Notes: generated by a model from the letters alone, not told the origin. 64,000 nucleotides of DNA from Phoronis australis (GCA_002633005.1 NMRA01000002.1:1398077-1462076), one strand, 5' to 3'; positions 12,801 through 25,019 are shown, counted from the stretch's first letter. Translations and numbers: made by a program.

Positions 12801-15800
12801 TCGAGAAGGAGACAAGTTGAGACCAGTTATATGTCGGCATGTGGTCTAAATGAAATACTCACTCCTTTGACCAAACGCAGTTTTATAGCCACTAAAATCC
12901 AACGCAACTTTCCAAGAAAACCCTTTTGGTCGTTATCTCTGATTTATTTCATTTACATTCCTGTGGAGTACCACCACGTAGTGAAAATGGCTGCGGTAAA
13001 CCTGTCTGCGTTCAATAATTATCTAAATGTTCGGAAATGTTAGCTTTCTGTGGCGAAAATTTCCGGCACATATTGTTTACAAGTGTATCCATAGCAACAG
13101 TTGCTGAGAACTACAACTATTTGGAAAATATGAATAAACGCCCAGAGGCACGTAATTTGAGAAGTGGACGTTTTCTGTCTCTCTAGTACAACCTAATGCA
13201 ATTTAAAAGAGTGGATAATGGAAAACGTAACGTTTTGAGAAACCGTGCAGTCCAAAAATGTCCTTAACGGGTTTACGCTCAGCTGGGCCTAATTTGAGAT
13301 ATTCCGGATACCTTGGTTTCTCATAATTACTTGGAAACAGCAACAAGTGTTAAAATGCTGCACATTCTCTTCAGTCAATGAAGAGACTCGTTACGACTGA
13401 GGGTCGTGGTGGAGGCTTACAATACGACACCTGAGTGTCATTTGCCGGCCAAGCGCAACGAGTTATTCAAATGGTTTATTGAATGAATGTCGGGCACGGA
13501 ATGAATGTGCGTCGGTGATTGATCTTCAGTACGAATGCACTAATACGTGTAATCTGCTAAGTCCATTTGAAACCCGTGCGCACTAAAAACGCAAAGGCTA
13601 AGAAGGGCCAGGTAACGAGACCAAGCCAATCTAAGTGCTTTAACAAGCGAGCTTCAGGACCTTGAATGTTCAACTATAATTACTTGTTTTACTTTTCAAA
13701 CAGTTACACGTAAGTAGCAAGTTAGAGTGCGTGTAAGTAAACGTTACGGACAATAGAAAAATCAGCAAAATTGATTATTTTTTGCCAACAGGTTTCAGTT
13801 TGAACCATGAGATATATTTCTTACGTTGTTTTCACACACATGTACATAATGATTAATGAACAAAGTCGTGATGGAAATCGGTGTGCTACTTGAAGTATCA
13901 GCGCTGCACAGATACATTGACAAGTAGGCGGAATTAAGGAGGGGGTATGGGCTGCGAGCCTCGCCATACAGGCATCACCAAAAAAAAAACCCAGGGATGC
14001 CCTTATACGGGTAGTGCCAAAATTTCCTTCGAAAATAGGGGTTGATCTCGTCACTTTGCGACATCCTAAATCCGTCGATGTCACCAACATGGAGAAAATC
14101 GTATGCTTAGACTTAGAAAAAACAACCATAAACATTTACTAAAGGACGATTACATACTGCATCGCACAGCGCGCGATTACGAATACAACAGAACAACATC
14201 AGGGCGCAAGGGCGAAAATGAGCTGTAGCTGTGCGTGCGTCGAAAAGCTAACCTCACTGTAAATGTCGGCTCTGACGTGATCAATGAGTCGGTGTTAAAA
14301 GCGAACATTTATAAATACGAAATGTCATAAAGTTCATAGTAACTGCAGGTTGATTCAATTTGTGTTGTCTAGCGAACGTTATTAGATCTATTGTTGGGGG
14401 AACCGCGATAACTACGTCGAGTATTAGGCCTACTCGCTTGATGGATCGCACCATGATCAGTAGCATCGTCAACACTACTAAAACATGAGGGGGGAGGGGT
14501 CGAGGCGAAATACACGTCACTGCATCGCTGTGTCGGGTTTTCACTTTTCAAGATATTCATCGTGTAGAGTGTCATAAGTCGTGTCGTCAGCGTGGGCGTC
14601 CACCGAACAGCTGGCAAGTTGCCGCCACATTTGGCACAGAAAGCTGAGAACTGGGCAGCGTTCCGCGAGTTGTCGCTACGCTCTGAGACCCACCAAACAT
14701 TTGGAAACCCCTGTCTACGTCTTGCAAGTGTACGGATACAAACGATCCCAGCAAGACCGCCAACCAAGATTCAGATAACGCAGGCCGTACCCTAAGACAG
14801 GTCCCTCGTTTGTACTGCTGCTTTTCAGCTCATTGATCTCAGCTGACCCATTTCATACGGGAAGGTGGTACTTGGTACTGTCTAGCCGGACCCAGAAGCA
14901 ATTACTTTGCGTCGGTTGCACTTGGAAACCTGTTCGTGTCACCCCCCNCCCCCCCTCCGAGTGTGGCCTACCAAGCTTTACCACAGGTGTTACCCCGCTT
15001 AGCGGCACGAAACCACCCCTCCGGTTCAACCAAGCGTGCATAGATGTTTTGTGTTTAATAACCGTTCAAACTGATTCATACGCAATGTAATGAATGACAG
15101 CAAGCACGCCAAATAGCGAATTCCTTTAAAATCAGTCCAAGGAAACTTAGAAAATCTAGCTTGACTGATGACGCCAGTGGGCGGCGAATGTTCTCAGAGT
15201 TCTGAAAACACTCAAGATCTCCCAATCTACATGGGCCCTTAAAACAGACAAAGATATTCCGTGGAAAAAAATTAACATTGTACAACGTGTGAAAGTGATC
15301 AGGTTTATGAATGAAGCAAAACTGGTTAGTCAGCCGGTATGTAGAACACATGCCCACAGACGCCCACGCCAACAGGTGTGAGGCTAACACCTGATCAGAT
15401 TTTTTACGATTTTATGAATGAATATAGTCAATCCACTTCACGATACAAGCATACTTGAACTATATGACACACAGGCTTATGAAATCAGAGCAAGAATGAG
15501 GAATGAGGTAGACTTATCTTGCTGAATTAACAACTTCAATGATGTTTTAGATAAATTCTATCGCTATATGGACAATTACCGTCGCTTATTGTTGGTTCGT
15601 CCTGAATGCTTAGGAAGTGATTCAGTTCTGACGCAGAATTCGGGGCACCAGAACACTTTAAACATAAAAGTCTCGTCTAAACGCTCACTGCCTTCAGCTA
15701 TTGTCATAACAGAAATTAACTCCAGATGATTGTCGCGTGCCAAGTACTTACCGACAACCAGGACCTTCTTGTCCATAAATATCTCTGGCCTTTTATAACT

Positions 15801-16325
15801 GTGTGAGTGAAGTATTTGTCCGCCGAAAGACTCTAACCCATCGAAGACAGGGATATGAGGGAAAGAGTGATGGCCCGTGCACACCATTACGCCATCAAAA
15901 ATGTCCGTCACCATATGGTCCCCTTCTCCGCGGCCACAATACGTAACTAACCATCGTCCAGTCTGGTCAAAATCGTCAGCTTTAGTTATTGATTTGACAC
16001 TTGTGTTAAACTTGATATGTTTCAGAAGATCGAAATGGTCGGCGTACAAGCGCATGTACTTCAAAATATAGCAGTGAGACAAAAAAGGTGGAAATTCCGG
16101 TGGAACTGGGAAATCTCCATACGCCATCATTTCCTTGCTCGTGTTGGCTACGCACGACTTGTAAACGCTTCCCTGTCCCTCTTTAACTTCGTCACTGTAT
16201 CGCCACAGTCCCCCCAAGTCCGAGTCTTGCTCAAAACAAACCGGTTCCATGGAGACTTCGACGCACGATTTGATGGCGGCTAAACCGCTTGCTCCGGCAC
16301 CAATGACAGCGATACGTTTCGTCAT
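3466..16325 (-). CDS. FMO5: Flavin-containing monooxygenase (FMO5-like), 6 exons, 566 aa; complement(join(3466..3891,5383..5486,6203..6555,6851..7038,7624..7679,15752..16325))
   Basis: FAD motif GAGASG near the N-terminus, FMO fingerprint FGGQILHSHSYK, NADPH motif G|CGNSA, FATGY and a hydrophobic C-terminal anchor. All five introns are GT-AG with compatible phases; exon lengths sum to 1701 nt (567 codons with the stop). Orthology to a specific FMO paralogue is not established. Confidence 0.93.
5383..5486 (-). CDS. FMO5: FMO exon 5 (G-DVTLPSREIMLADIDRRRKYMRDQYVQTQRHALE)
   Basis: ttctatcag acceptor, GAG|gtatat donor; 104 nt; absent from the ORF track because it is short. Confidence 0.9.
5510..5955. 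repeat. Degenerate (GGT/GAT)n trinucleotide repeat in FMO intron 4
   Basis: Directly visible; it produces the low-complexity ORFs 5509..5961 and 5651..6034. Confidence 0.95.
6203..6555 (-). CDS. FMO5: FMO exon 4 (VLQAHPTINDDLP...FATGY...WYCHVMA-G)
   Basis: ttccag acceptor, G|gtgggt donor; 353 nt. Confidence 0.93.
6851..7038 (-). CDS. FMO5: FMO exon 3 (VYLSTRRGAW...LKPKH-G)
   Basis: ttttacag acceptor, GG|gtaaat donor; 188 nt. Confidence 0.93.
7624..7679 (-). CDS. FMO5: FMO exon 2 (G-CGNSAVDIAVDISRTASK)
   Basis: ttttgcag acceptor, AAG|gtaa donor; 56 nt; completes the NADPH-binding GxGxxA motif. Confidence 0.92.
11128..14490 (-). pseudogene. Decayed rhodopsin-family (class A) GPCR remnant nested in FMO intron 1
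   Basis: TM3 CRCFGYLNQVFTSLVGLLLTFVAVDRF at 12254-12174, with Cys exactly 25 codons before Arg. After removing 12103-12170, TVIAHAPYKARMS...TA* puts a TGA at the W4.50 position, 27 codons after Arg. ECL2-like CADNW at 11976-11962; TM7/H8-like AYLHS and LRNRK near 11210-11130; possible TM1/TM2 pieces near 14490-14350 and 13903-13825. Many stops and frameshifts; outer boundaries uncertain. Confidence 0.6.
12532..12698. mobile_element. MITE-like element with imperfect TIRs
   Basis: Left end CGTTCAGTGACGCCAGGACCT is near-complementary to right end AGGTCCTAGCGTTACTGAACG; homologous to 58641-58797 and 1-588. Confidence 0.75.
15752..16325 (-). CDS. FMO5: FMO exon 1 (MTKRIAVIGAGASG...KKVLVV-G)
   Basis: ATG at 16325; donor G|gtaagt after 15752; 574 nt, phase 1. 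Confidence 0.95.
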
Positions 16326-16443
16326 AATTGAGACAGTTGAATTGAACTAACTTTTAATTTTGAGACTGTACCAACGATCTGAGTGTTTGAATGAAAATCT
16401 CCGATTCCCTAACCAAAGTTTCTCTAGTGACAGAAGTATACAC

Positions 16444-16481
16444 ACTGACGATGAAGACACGTGAAGTTAGCGCTTTATGTA
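16444..16481 (-). promoter_or_regulatory. Candidate FMO core promoter (TACATAAA plus TCAGT initiator)
   Basis: TACATAAA at 16481-16474 and TCAGT at 16448-16444 on the minus strand, about 33 nt apart and about 120 nt upstream of the ATG. Motif match only. Confidence 0.3.
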
Positions 16482-19400
16482 CAACTCATGGAACGTTTTT
16501 GTATTGCAGACTCTTTGACTTTGTGACCAATGAGAATGCCGTGGGAATCGAACTGCATGAATCTTCATTTCAATTGGTTAACTGCGAACAACGCCTCCAG
16601 AAGAACATGTGCTGTCTCCTATGAGTTAAAACTAAAACCAGCCTTACGTAAACGAAGAGGAGTGGCGTTAGTGACCACGTTATTTGACAGCTGTTGTTGA
16701 TATTTTTGTGTTCTGAGGGAACGTAAGGCTAGTACCATCTCGAGCAAAGACGACTATTCGCTAATGATATTTTTTTCGTGGTGGTATCTGCCAGATAAGA
16801 ACTAGAGGACTGTCTGCCGTATGTGAAAACCACAACCACCATCACTTATCTTGGGGCTGATTTTTCAAAGAGGGCGTGGTAGCCAATTAGTTCCACGCTT
16901 TCCAGATATTTGGTTACCAAACATAATAGCCGATACAGATGACGTTTGGAATCATTACTCTCTTTTACGCAATACTCGAAATAATCTACCAGCCTTCCTG
17001 TTTGGGCCACATTTTGCTAATGTTTACGTCTGCCACATTTTACAAAAAGGCCAGACGTTAAAGGGACACTATCGCCATGACGACCGAAAAGCGCGTGTCG
17101 GGTTTATTGTTGAATGGATTGGACTTTTTGAGCTTAAAACATCCGTTGTGTTTTTGTGATTTTATTACAAAACTGAATAGCTAATTCTCGCCGTTGTGCC
17201 AGAAATTCACTGAAATCAGAACTTGTGACTTTGCCAGTTTAATATTCTTAAATTACTCTGCCATTTATCCAGTGGGGTTTAGCCTGCCAGCAGAGCAGGA
17301 TCGCAGCTTCAACTACGCGTAGGAGCTGATCTCGGAAAATCACTTTTCTCGCCGTTTGTGTCACTTAAGAAGGGCACTCATTATTGATGAAGATACATCA
17401 CATGGGCAACTGCATTAAGACGATTTCGCCGGACAAGGTGTTGTGGTTCCTTGCTATGACATCACGCAACCAGATAAAATTTCAATTTCTTTTACATATC
17501 TAGAACATAAAATAGGTTTCCTCAAGTGAAATATAATACAGTATAATACAATATAAGCCATTCCGTAAACTCAGATCTATATTTGTGACGGATATCATGT
17601 TTAAGAAGTTTGATAACACATGCATGTATGTGCTCTTTATTGTCCGCTAATAGAAATTGAAAACTGGACTTGATATTCTAACGAAATCAGGCTATTTAAA
17701 AAAAAATGTCCACGTAACATTAAAAGATTACTGTTAAGGAAAATATTTTTTGTCTTTGTTTGCTTTGTTATATGAAGCTGTTTACGGAAGCGACGAGATA
17801 AGGGATTTTTAGACACATATTATAAAAGTGAAGGATCGTAGCATTTTGAAGTTATTTCAATGAACTGTACTTCAGTTAACGTTAAGTTGTCAACTTTATT
17901 GTAGGCATGAAAGCTTCTACAAGATGTATTCTAAGTAACATTAAAATGTATTTATAGGGCAGGCTGGTCAAAGATCTATAAAGACTTCGAAATTCTTGGC
18001 ATATGGATCTTTAACTAAATACCGAGGCAAACATCACGTGATCTTGGAAACAATTAACGTCGCAATCTCGCTCCACGTCACGTGAGCGGTGAGACAATAC
18101 AGAACGTCGTTCCCGCGTACTAAGATTAATGGGCCTTGCAAAATTTTGGGCAACATGGACGAAACATTCGAGGACGGCTTGTGGGGTGGGACATCAGCCA
18201 ATGGTTGTTGATTTGTAGTGGTCAAGTCACAGTTCACGTCAGTTAGGATACTCGTTGGCGGCAAATTTGCAGGCCAGGTTACAGTCCTCAAAGCACACCT
18301 ACCATTTATCTTCCTAATCGTTGAGGGAAAGAGGGGGGTTACTTAGTAAAAGAGGGTTAGTAAAGAAGGGAGAAAGCGAAGATCGTTTGGAAAGACCTCT
18401 CCGTGGAACAAATGAATAATGAGTTTGTTGACAACTTCTGTCATTTCCGTTTCTAGTCCTATAAAACATTCTCATTTGAGTACTTTAAGCTGGACAAGAG
18501 TGAAGCCAGGTCTGAATTCCATAGACAGGAGAACCTCGCGAAAACGCAAGAACACGCAAGACTTCGCCATGCATTTGATCACAAGTATTTTTAGTGCGGT
18601 GTTTGTGGGTCCGTGACTGTGCTGACGTAGGGATCATTGTGCCGGATGTGGGAGGGGAGGGGGGGGGTTAGTAAAAATTAGTCAGACACAGAAATAGAGT
18701 TTTTGGCATTTATCATGTTACGGCCGACCGTGAGCGTGTAACCTCGCGCGTGAACATGTGTAGTGGCAGGGAGTCCGCAGACATCACAAAATGAAAAATG
18801 TTGGCCCTCGCTCAGCTCATGATATCTACTAACCCAGATTCGCCACTGGATCGTAGCGGGAGTTTAGAGGCCTGGCCACAGAATCGTTACGAAACTACAC
18901 TGTAGAAGTTTAATAGGGTGAAAAATATATGACTAGTCTGCCTGAGGCAGCGATCGTGTCAGAGATCTTGTAATGCCTTTGCTGAGATTGACCCGTGCGC
19001 CAACATTTTTTATTTGCAACATTCTGAGGCTTAATTTAAAGAAAGCTTAGTAAGACAAAGCAAAACGCGTTACGTCAGAAATTAAATATTATCAGATTGA
19101 GTACTTTGGGAAAGCGCATGACACTCTAGCGGTTCTATAAAAAATTTGGAGGAACTCTATGAATTCGAATAACCAGGCGTTTGAAACCCCACCTTCACAA
19201 ACACTGGAGTGTGCCTTTGATTTTAATATACCTCGCCAAGTCTGATATCAACAAGTTTTACCTTCTCCAAGGTCGGACGGTGCCATTCTGAAAAACTGTC
19301 CCTTGGCCCACTGCTTCTTGCTAGTTCGGGTGAATAATGATATCAAGCCGCAGCATTTCGTGTCTCGTTTATATTCGCAACTGAAACAGCGTAATTTATG

Positions 19401-20049
19401 TGTACTATCACAATTTTCCAATGGCACGCAACCCACAATATACCAGGAGAGCCGATGTTTCCAGGGAGCACTGATCACCAGGGGGCACTGTCCTACCCCT
19501 GGTCATCAAAGATTCCACCTCACCATGAAATAATACTAGAATGCGTCAAGATTCAGTTAATCGTAAAGTATTCACCATCTTATCAGATTTGTTAGCAAGA
19601 CCAGGCTATTCCAATAGACACCAAACTAAGTTAGTGCATGCCTACTATGCTCTTTGAAGCATGCTTCTAAGATAGGCCAATCTAAGCTCATTTAGAAATA
19701 CATTCCTAAACCTTAGCACTGATTCTGAACCTCTCTTTGTTAATCAGCACTGCAAAATGTATTGGATTTTTTTCTGAAGGTGTGTGGCGCGTGTTTATTT
19801 TGACACCCTTGGGCGTTAGCGAAAACTGTCCCTTTAATTTAGAGGGAATGGGCGTAGACAAACACTGTAAAAGATAAAATGGCTACTCGGTAAAACAAGA
19901 CTGCAACATTCAGACACTAATACAGGGCATATGCGATGCGTATGTCGTGACAAGCGGCATGCGGCATGAAGGAAGTGCGAACAGAAACAGCGTGTGGTTT
20001 CACAAAAAGATGTCATTACATGATATGGACATAGGTGAATGAATGTTCT

Positions 20050-20238
20050 TGTTATTACTTGTTTTTTATTTTATTTACAATTATATTTTTGTGTCATTCT
20101 CCACCTTTAGCTTAAGTTCCATTTTCTTCGTGTTTCTGTTAAAATTTAATGTCGTAGAAATAGCCCAACGGGCTAATGTTAATCTGTTCTGCGAGCGACC
20201 TTAAATAAAGATTCTTGATTCTTGATTTTTGATTCTTG
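20050..20238 (+). mobile_element. 3' end of a 5'-truncated non-LTR retroelement
   Basis: T-rich UTR, stem-loop TAGCCC-AAC-GGGCTA (20161-20175), AATAAA (20204-20209), then about four GATTCTT tail repeats. Confidence 0.55.
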
Positions 20239-21760
20239 GTGGCTAAAAAAGTCCTCTCAAGGCGAACATAGACTTAAGTAGCCGATAGAAGTTATTATGA
20301 AACGATAAAAACAATAAAACTACAATTATAGAAACATCATTTGAGTAACATTCACACCGTCTTACACACCGCAGCGTAGCGTATGCAGTCCGGGGCGGAT
20401 GATAACCGGGTGCTTTCCCCTTCCCACCGGTGTCTCACCAACCCCCCCCCCCGCCACCGTCGTCAGCAAACTGAATAACGTGCAAACTAAATGACGTAAA
20501 AACTTGATGAAGCTAATTAACACGTATACGTAGCGTGGGTGGTCCTTTGACGTGTGTAGGCTACTATTATGACATTGTTTTCTTGTTTAAGTAACAAAAT
20601 TGTCACTTTTCAAATTCCATGCGTTCTATTAATGACCAGAACACTATACCATGTCACAATATGTAGGCTATTAGTAACGAGCTTCCTGTGCGTCCGTCAT
20701 TTAGACGTGAAGATCAACGATGAGTCTGCACACAGCCTAGTGGTCTCTACGTCATTATTGTAAAGACTGACTGCATACTTCAACAGTACATATCATGGGA
20801 GATTGTTTTGTACACAAACACGCTAAAGGAACCAGTCATGTATTTTTTTCGACAACCTCCATGGATGATGCAATACATGTATAAAAGCTGATCATTTATT
20901 CATCCCGGAAAGTTCCTGGAATCAGTTGTATTTTTCCTAAAAGATGACTGCTGGTCCAAACGAGCCCTTGAGCTATATGCACACAGGTCGGCGACTGCAC
21001 CCTTCCCCGGGCATATAGAACTATAGGGGCAGCGGAACATCCAATGTAAACATACGTGAAAGGTACATATAAGGAGCAGGTCCAATCGGTGGCGACCGGC
21101 TGGAGGGGGCGGAACTGAAGTTGGTGGCGACGGAGGACAAACTGGTGGCGACCAAGGGAGGATTATTGGCGACCCGGGGGGAAATCTATGTAAAACTGCA
21201 CCCTCTCCCCGACAGCCAAATCTAGGTACGCGCTTCTGTTCAATCATTTTCCCAACCCGAGTATTTTTCGAATGACATCTCACTACGTTAGTTTACAATA
21301 AGTTAGCTCGATCGGCAGTTTACATGTGTTGTTTACATTTGGTACAACTTTAGCGGAACGGCATGTGGTCATGTGTCTTTTAGTGACGTATCTATGACGT
21401 TTAAGCGTTTTGTCAAGTGAGAGGTGTTTTTTAGGCCATCGTCTGGATCAAACTTACTCAACAGTTTCTGTCATTACAGACAGTTCTTCGTCTTCGTGCG
21501 TTCAATAATACATATGCAGATGTAGGGGACGAGGGGCTTGCATCTCTTCCGGGTAGAACAATGTAGAAAAAAATGCGCCGCATGCCCCTGGACGAGCCCA
21601 CTCTCGCGGCAACTGGAAGATCTGTCAGTGTAATATCGTATGCGCGCAACCAGCTTCTCAATGTTCAAATATATGGAGGTGGGGTCAAAGTGAACGTTAG
21701 AGTTAGAAAGAGAGAGTGGGGGAGGGAGGGAAAGAAGGGCAGAGGGAAGCAGGGGGAAGG

Positions 21761-21861
21761 NNNNNNNNNNNNNNNNNNNNNNNNNNNNNNNNNNNNNNNN
21801 NNNNNNNNNNNNNNNNNNNNNNNNNNNNNNNNNNNNNNNNNNNNNNNNNNNNNNNNNNNNN
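21761..21861. other. Assembly gap (N run)
   Basis: Run of n, flanked by purine-rich and (GGCA)n repeats. Confidence 1.
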
Positions 21862-21875
21862 GGCAGGCTGGCAAC

Positions 21876-21923
<48 letters not shown>

Positions 21924-21925
21924 CA
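21862..21925. repeat. (GGCA)n microsatellite
   Basis: Directly visible. Confidence 0.95.
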
Positions 21926-24209
21926 AGGAAGGAGTCTTGCAAAGAACTGACAGATTATTATCTCCTGTGATCATGCTTAACGAATAAAATGACAGGCAGT
22001 GCAAGTCAACTTTTCAATTCCAAGCCCCGAAATTACTACTATTTTGACCAAGAAACAGTTCCAGACAAATTTTGAGTTCAGTAATTTAAATCAAGTTGTT
22101 TTTTGTGATGTAAGCCAGGTTCATAGCTTACCGTTATCCCGTGTAAGTGTGAAAGGAGGCTATGTACTGCAATTCACGATGGAGTCACGTGACGATAGAC
22201 GAAGATATGCGCCGTGCTATGCTTTTGCCTTCCCGAGTTCAAATGAATTGAATTTAGGAATTTAATCTTCAAGATGCATATAGTTAACGTTGAATTTCGC
22301 ACTGTTGAGCTGGCTAAAAACAGAAAATAAATTCGCCGCGCCTTTTTCTCTCATAAAGTCGGTCTAATAGTATTCCTTGCCGTAATGGTACTCCATTAAT
22401 TCCGTGCCCAAGAAAGTTTCAGGGTTTGTGAATGTTGGCCAACTCCAAAATTGCTCATTCGAAAATACCACATATACGTATTGCCCGTGACTTGATTTGA
22501 TAACGGAAATATAACCCTGCTATCGCAAGAATATCATGCGATCAATTTTATGAGAGTACAAGACTTGCTAAACAGGGAGAAACGCAGCATGTCGTCGATT
22601 TGTAATCGTAAGCAACCCTACTTCAATCGTACCCGTCTTGCTGAAGGAGCGAAAACTGGATAGAGTTTTGTAGACACAACAATAAGTTTACATAACATTG
22701 TGCGAGCCTATACTTTATGTACAAACAGGTGAATCTTGGATTCAGTGAGCCGCATGCGACATTTTTGTTTTCCTAGGTCAAATGCTTATCATAGAAATAC
22801 TCGAAAAGATGTCGAAGATAAAGTTGCGTTTGATTGAAAACTGAAGTTCTTTAGCGACAAATCTAACTAGTGTTAATTGGTCTGGTGTCGTCTGCCAACT
22901 ATCAAAGCTTGTTGTTTACCGACAACTGTGACAGAACAACTTTTTATGTCTTTTGCCTCTCGTCAGGCGAAAGTTTTCGATGTATAAAACAGTCAAGCAG
23001 AGATAACATGAACAAATATATAGCTGTGACGTCATAAATCGGTTGATTATGGAAAGTTGCTCTCATTTTCAGGACATCATTGTGTTTGAATAGTCATTGT
23101 CACTGACTTTAATGGATGGTTGCAAGCTAAATTAGTTTTATTGTAGTACCACTTCAAGACTGCTTTCCAAAAGACAGCTGAAACTGAAAAAAACGCTCAG
23201 AAAATAATCACAATGTGTGTTTTTCATGATTGTTATTGAAATGAGTGCCGTCCGGCATGCTTGTACAACATTGATGTCGAGATCTAGTAGTCAACTGACC
23301 GAATCAATGAACAGTTACTGTCACATTAGTGAGTGCAAAGACTTCGAGTTGACGTCGATGGCAATGTAGAGTACAAACAAGGCAGTTTGAAACACGGACA
23401 CGGCGAATTGCTATCGACGACAAATAAACACTCGTACATGTCGACGTGCTATCACTGATAGTTCGAAACAACAACTTGAATCTGACCTTCCGTTGTTGAT
23501 CTGTTTGTGTTCAAGTGATGATAAAATGGTAATATTGATTGTCTGACTACTACCTGAGCAACGAGATGAGATCAACAGAATTCTCCGGCCGGGCCCAAAC
23601 TAGACCAAAGGCAACTCGAGCTGCTGGTTAATTTTGACCTTGAGCTGATTGAACTCCATCCCATAGCCAGTCTATGTCGTAGTATAGGTGATGATGGCCA
23701 GCTGTTCACCGACCCCCACCCCCCGCCTCTAATCTAAAGCCCCGTTCATATGCAGCACTTTTACACCCGTTCATGAATATACATCATACGCAAATCTACA
23801 CCCGGCTATAAAGGTAAATTCACATCGCGTTCGTGTTTGGGAAATGAAAAGCAATATTTGCGCTCAGTACTCTATACATTTCGCTACAAGGTCTTTAGGA
23901 GCAACGTTTGCAGGCCCGTAGCCAGCATTGAGCGGGGTGGTTCGAATTTCTAGAACGGTGGACCTTTGATATTTTGCAAACTTCGACACTGTAATTTTCG
24001 ATAAGTCCCTTGACTCAGCTTAATTAGGGGTAAGGGGTGTACACAACGATGACTCACAACTCTATATTCCTTAGATGTAATACCAGAAATGAGAATGCTG
24101 TGACGGTTGCTCTGAAAGAACGGGAATCAAATTCGGATGTGAATGTGGTCCAGAAAGAGAACGTTTTCGCGCTACCTTTTGCCAAAAGTTCAAATCAGGC
24201 ACGCTTAAA

Positions 24210-24989
24210 TACGGTGGCCCGAAAGTATCATCGCTATTTTAGTTTATTAAATTTTTTATTTTTCCTTTTCCACCTAGGAGGAATTATTTCAACCTAGGTG
24301 GAAATTATTTCAACCTAGGTGGAAATTATTTTCACCCGGGTGGAAATATTTCAACCTAGGTGGAAATTATTTTCACCCGGGTGGAAATTATTTCAACCTA
24401 GGTGGAAATTATTTCAACCTAGGTGGAAATTATTTTCACCCGGGTGGAAAATATTTCAACCTAGGTGAAAATTATTTTCACCCGGGTGGAAAATATTTCA
24501 ACCTAGGTGGAAATTATTTTCACCCGGGTGGAAATTATTTCAACCTAGGTGGAAATTATTTTCACCCGGGTGGAAATTATTTCAACCTAGGTGGAAATTA
24601 TTTTCACCCGGGTGGAAATTATTTCAACCTAGGTGGAAATTATTTCAACCTAGATGGAAATTATTTTCACCCGGGTGGAAAATATTTCAACCTAGGTGGA
24701 AATTATTTTCACCCAGGTGGAAATTATTTCAACCTAGGTGGAAATAATTTCCACACAGGTGAAAATAATTTCCACCCAGGTGAAAATAATTTCCACCCAG
24801 GTGAAAATAATTTCCACCTAGGTTGAAATAGTTTCCACCCGGGTGAAAATAGTTTCCACCCAGGTGAAAATAGTTTCTACCCAGGTGAAAATAATTTCCA
24901 CCTAGGTTGAATTATTTCCACCTAGGTAGAAAATGAAAAATGAAAAAATATTTAAACAAAAGTAACGATGATACTTTCGGGCCACCGTA
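24210..24989. mobile_element. Non-autonomous TA-flanked (Tc1/mariner-type) fold-back element with internal 20/21-bp tandem arrays
   Basis: TACGGTGGCCCGAAAGTATCATCG at 24210 and its exact reverse complement ending at 24989 (24 bp including the TA). Inside, CAACCTAGGTGGAAATTATTT and TCACCCGGGTGGAAATTATTT units switch orientation near 24745. Confidence 0.88.
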
Positions 24990-25019
24990 CGTAAATGAGT
25001 GATTACACCTCATTACATA

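Noticed and set aside
15576-15751. C-terminal part of the 249-aa ORF, implying a truncated single-exon FMO
   Set aside because: Similarity stops at a consensus donor and resumes in phase at 7679; this part is intron read-through.
19248-19595. Cys-rich short ORFs with a possible donor site near 19261
   Set aside because: No recognisable family in the frames read, and no partner exons.
21458-22004. Several ORFs spanning the N run
   Set aside because: They stay open only because of Ns and the (GGCA)n repeat.
24270-24930. Regularly spaced palindromic repeats resembling a CRISPR array
   Set aside because: No unique spacers, the units abut, the orientation flips, transposon TIRs enclose the array, and there are no cas genes in this eukaryotic context.
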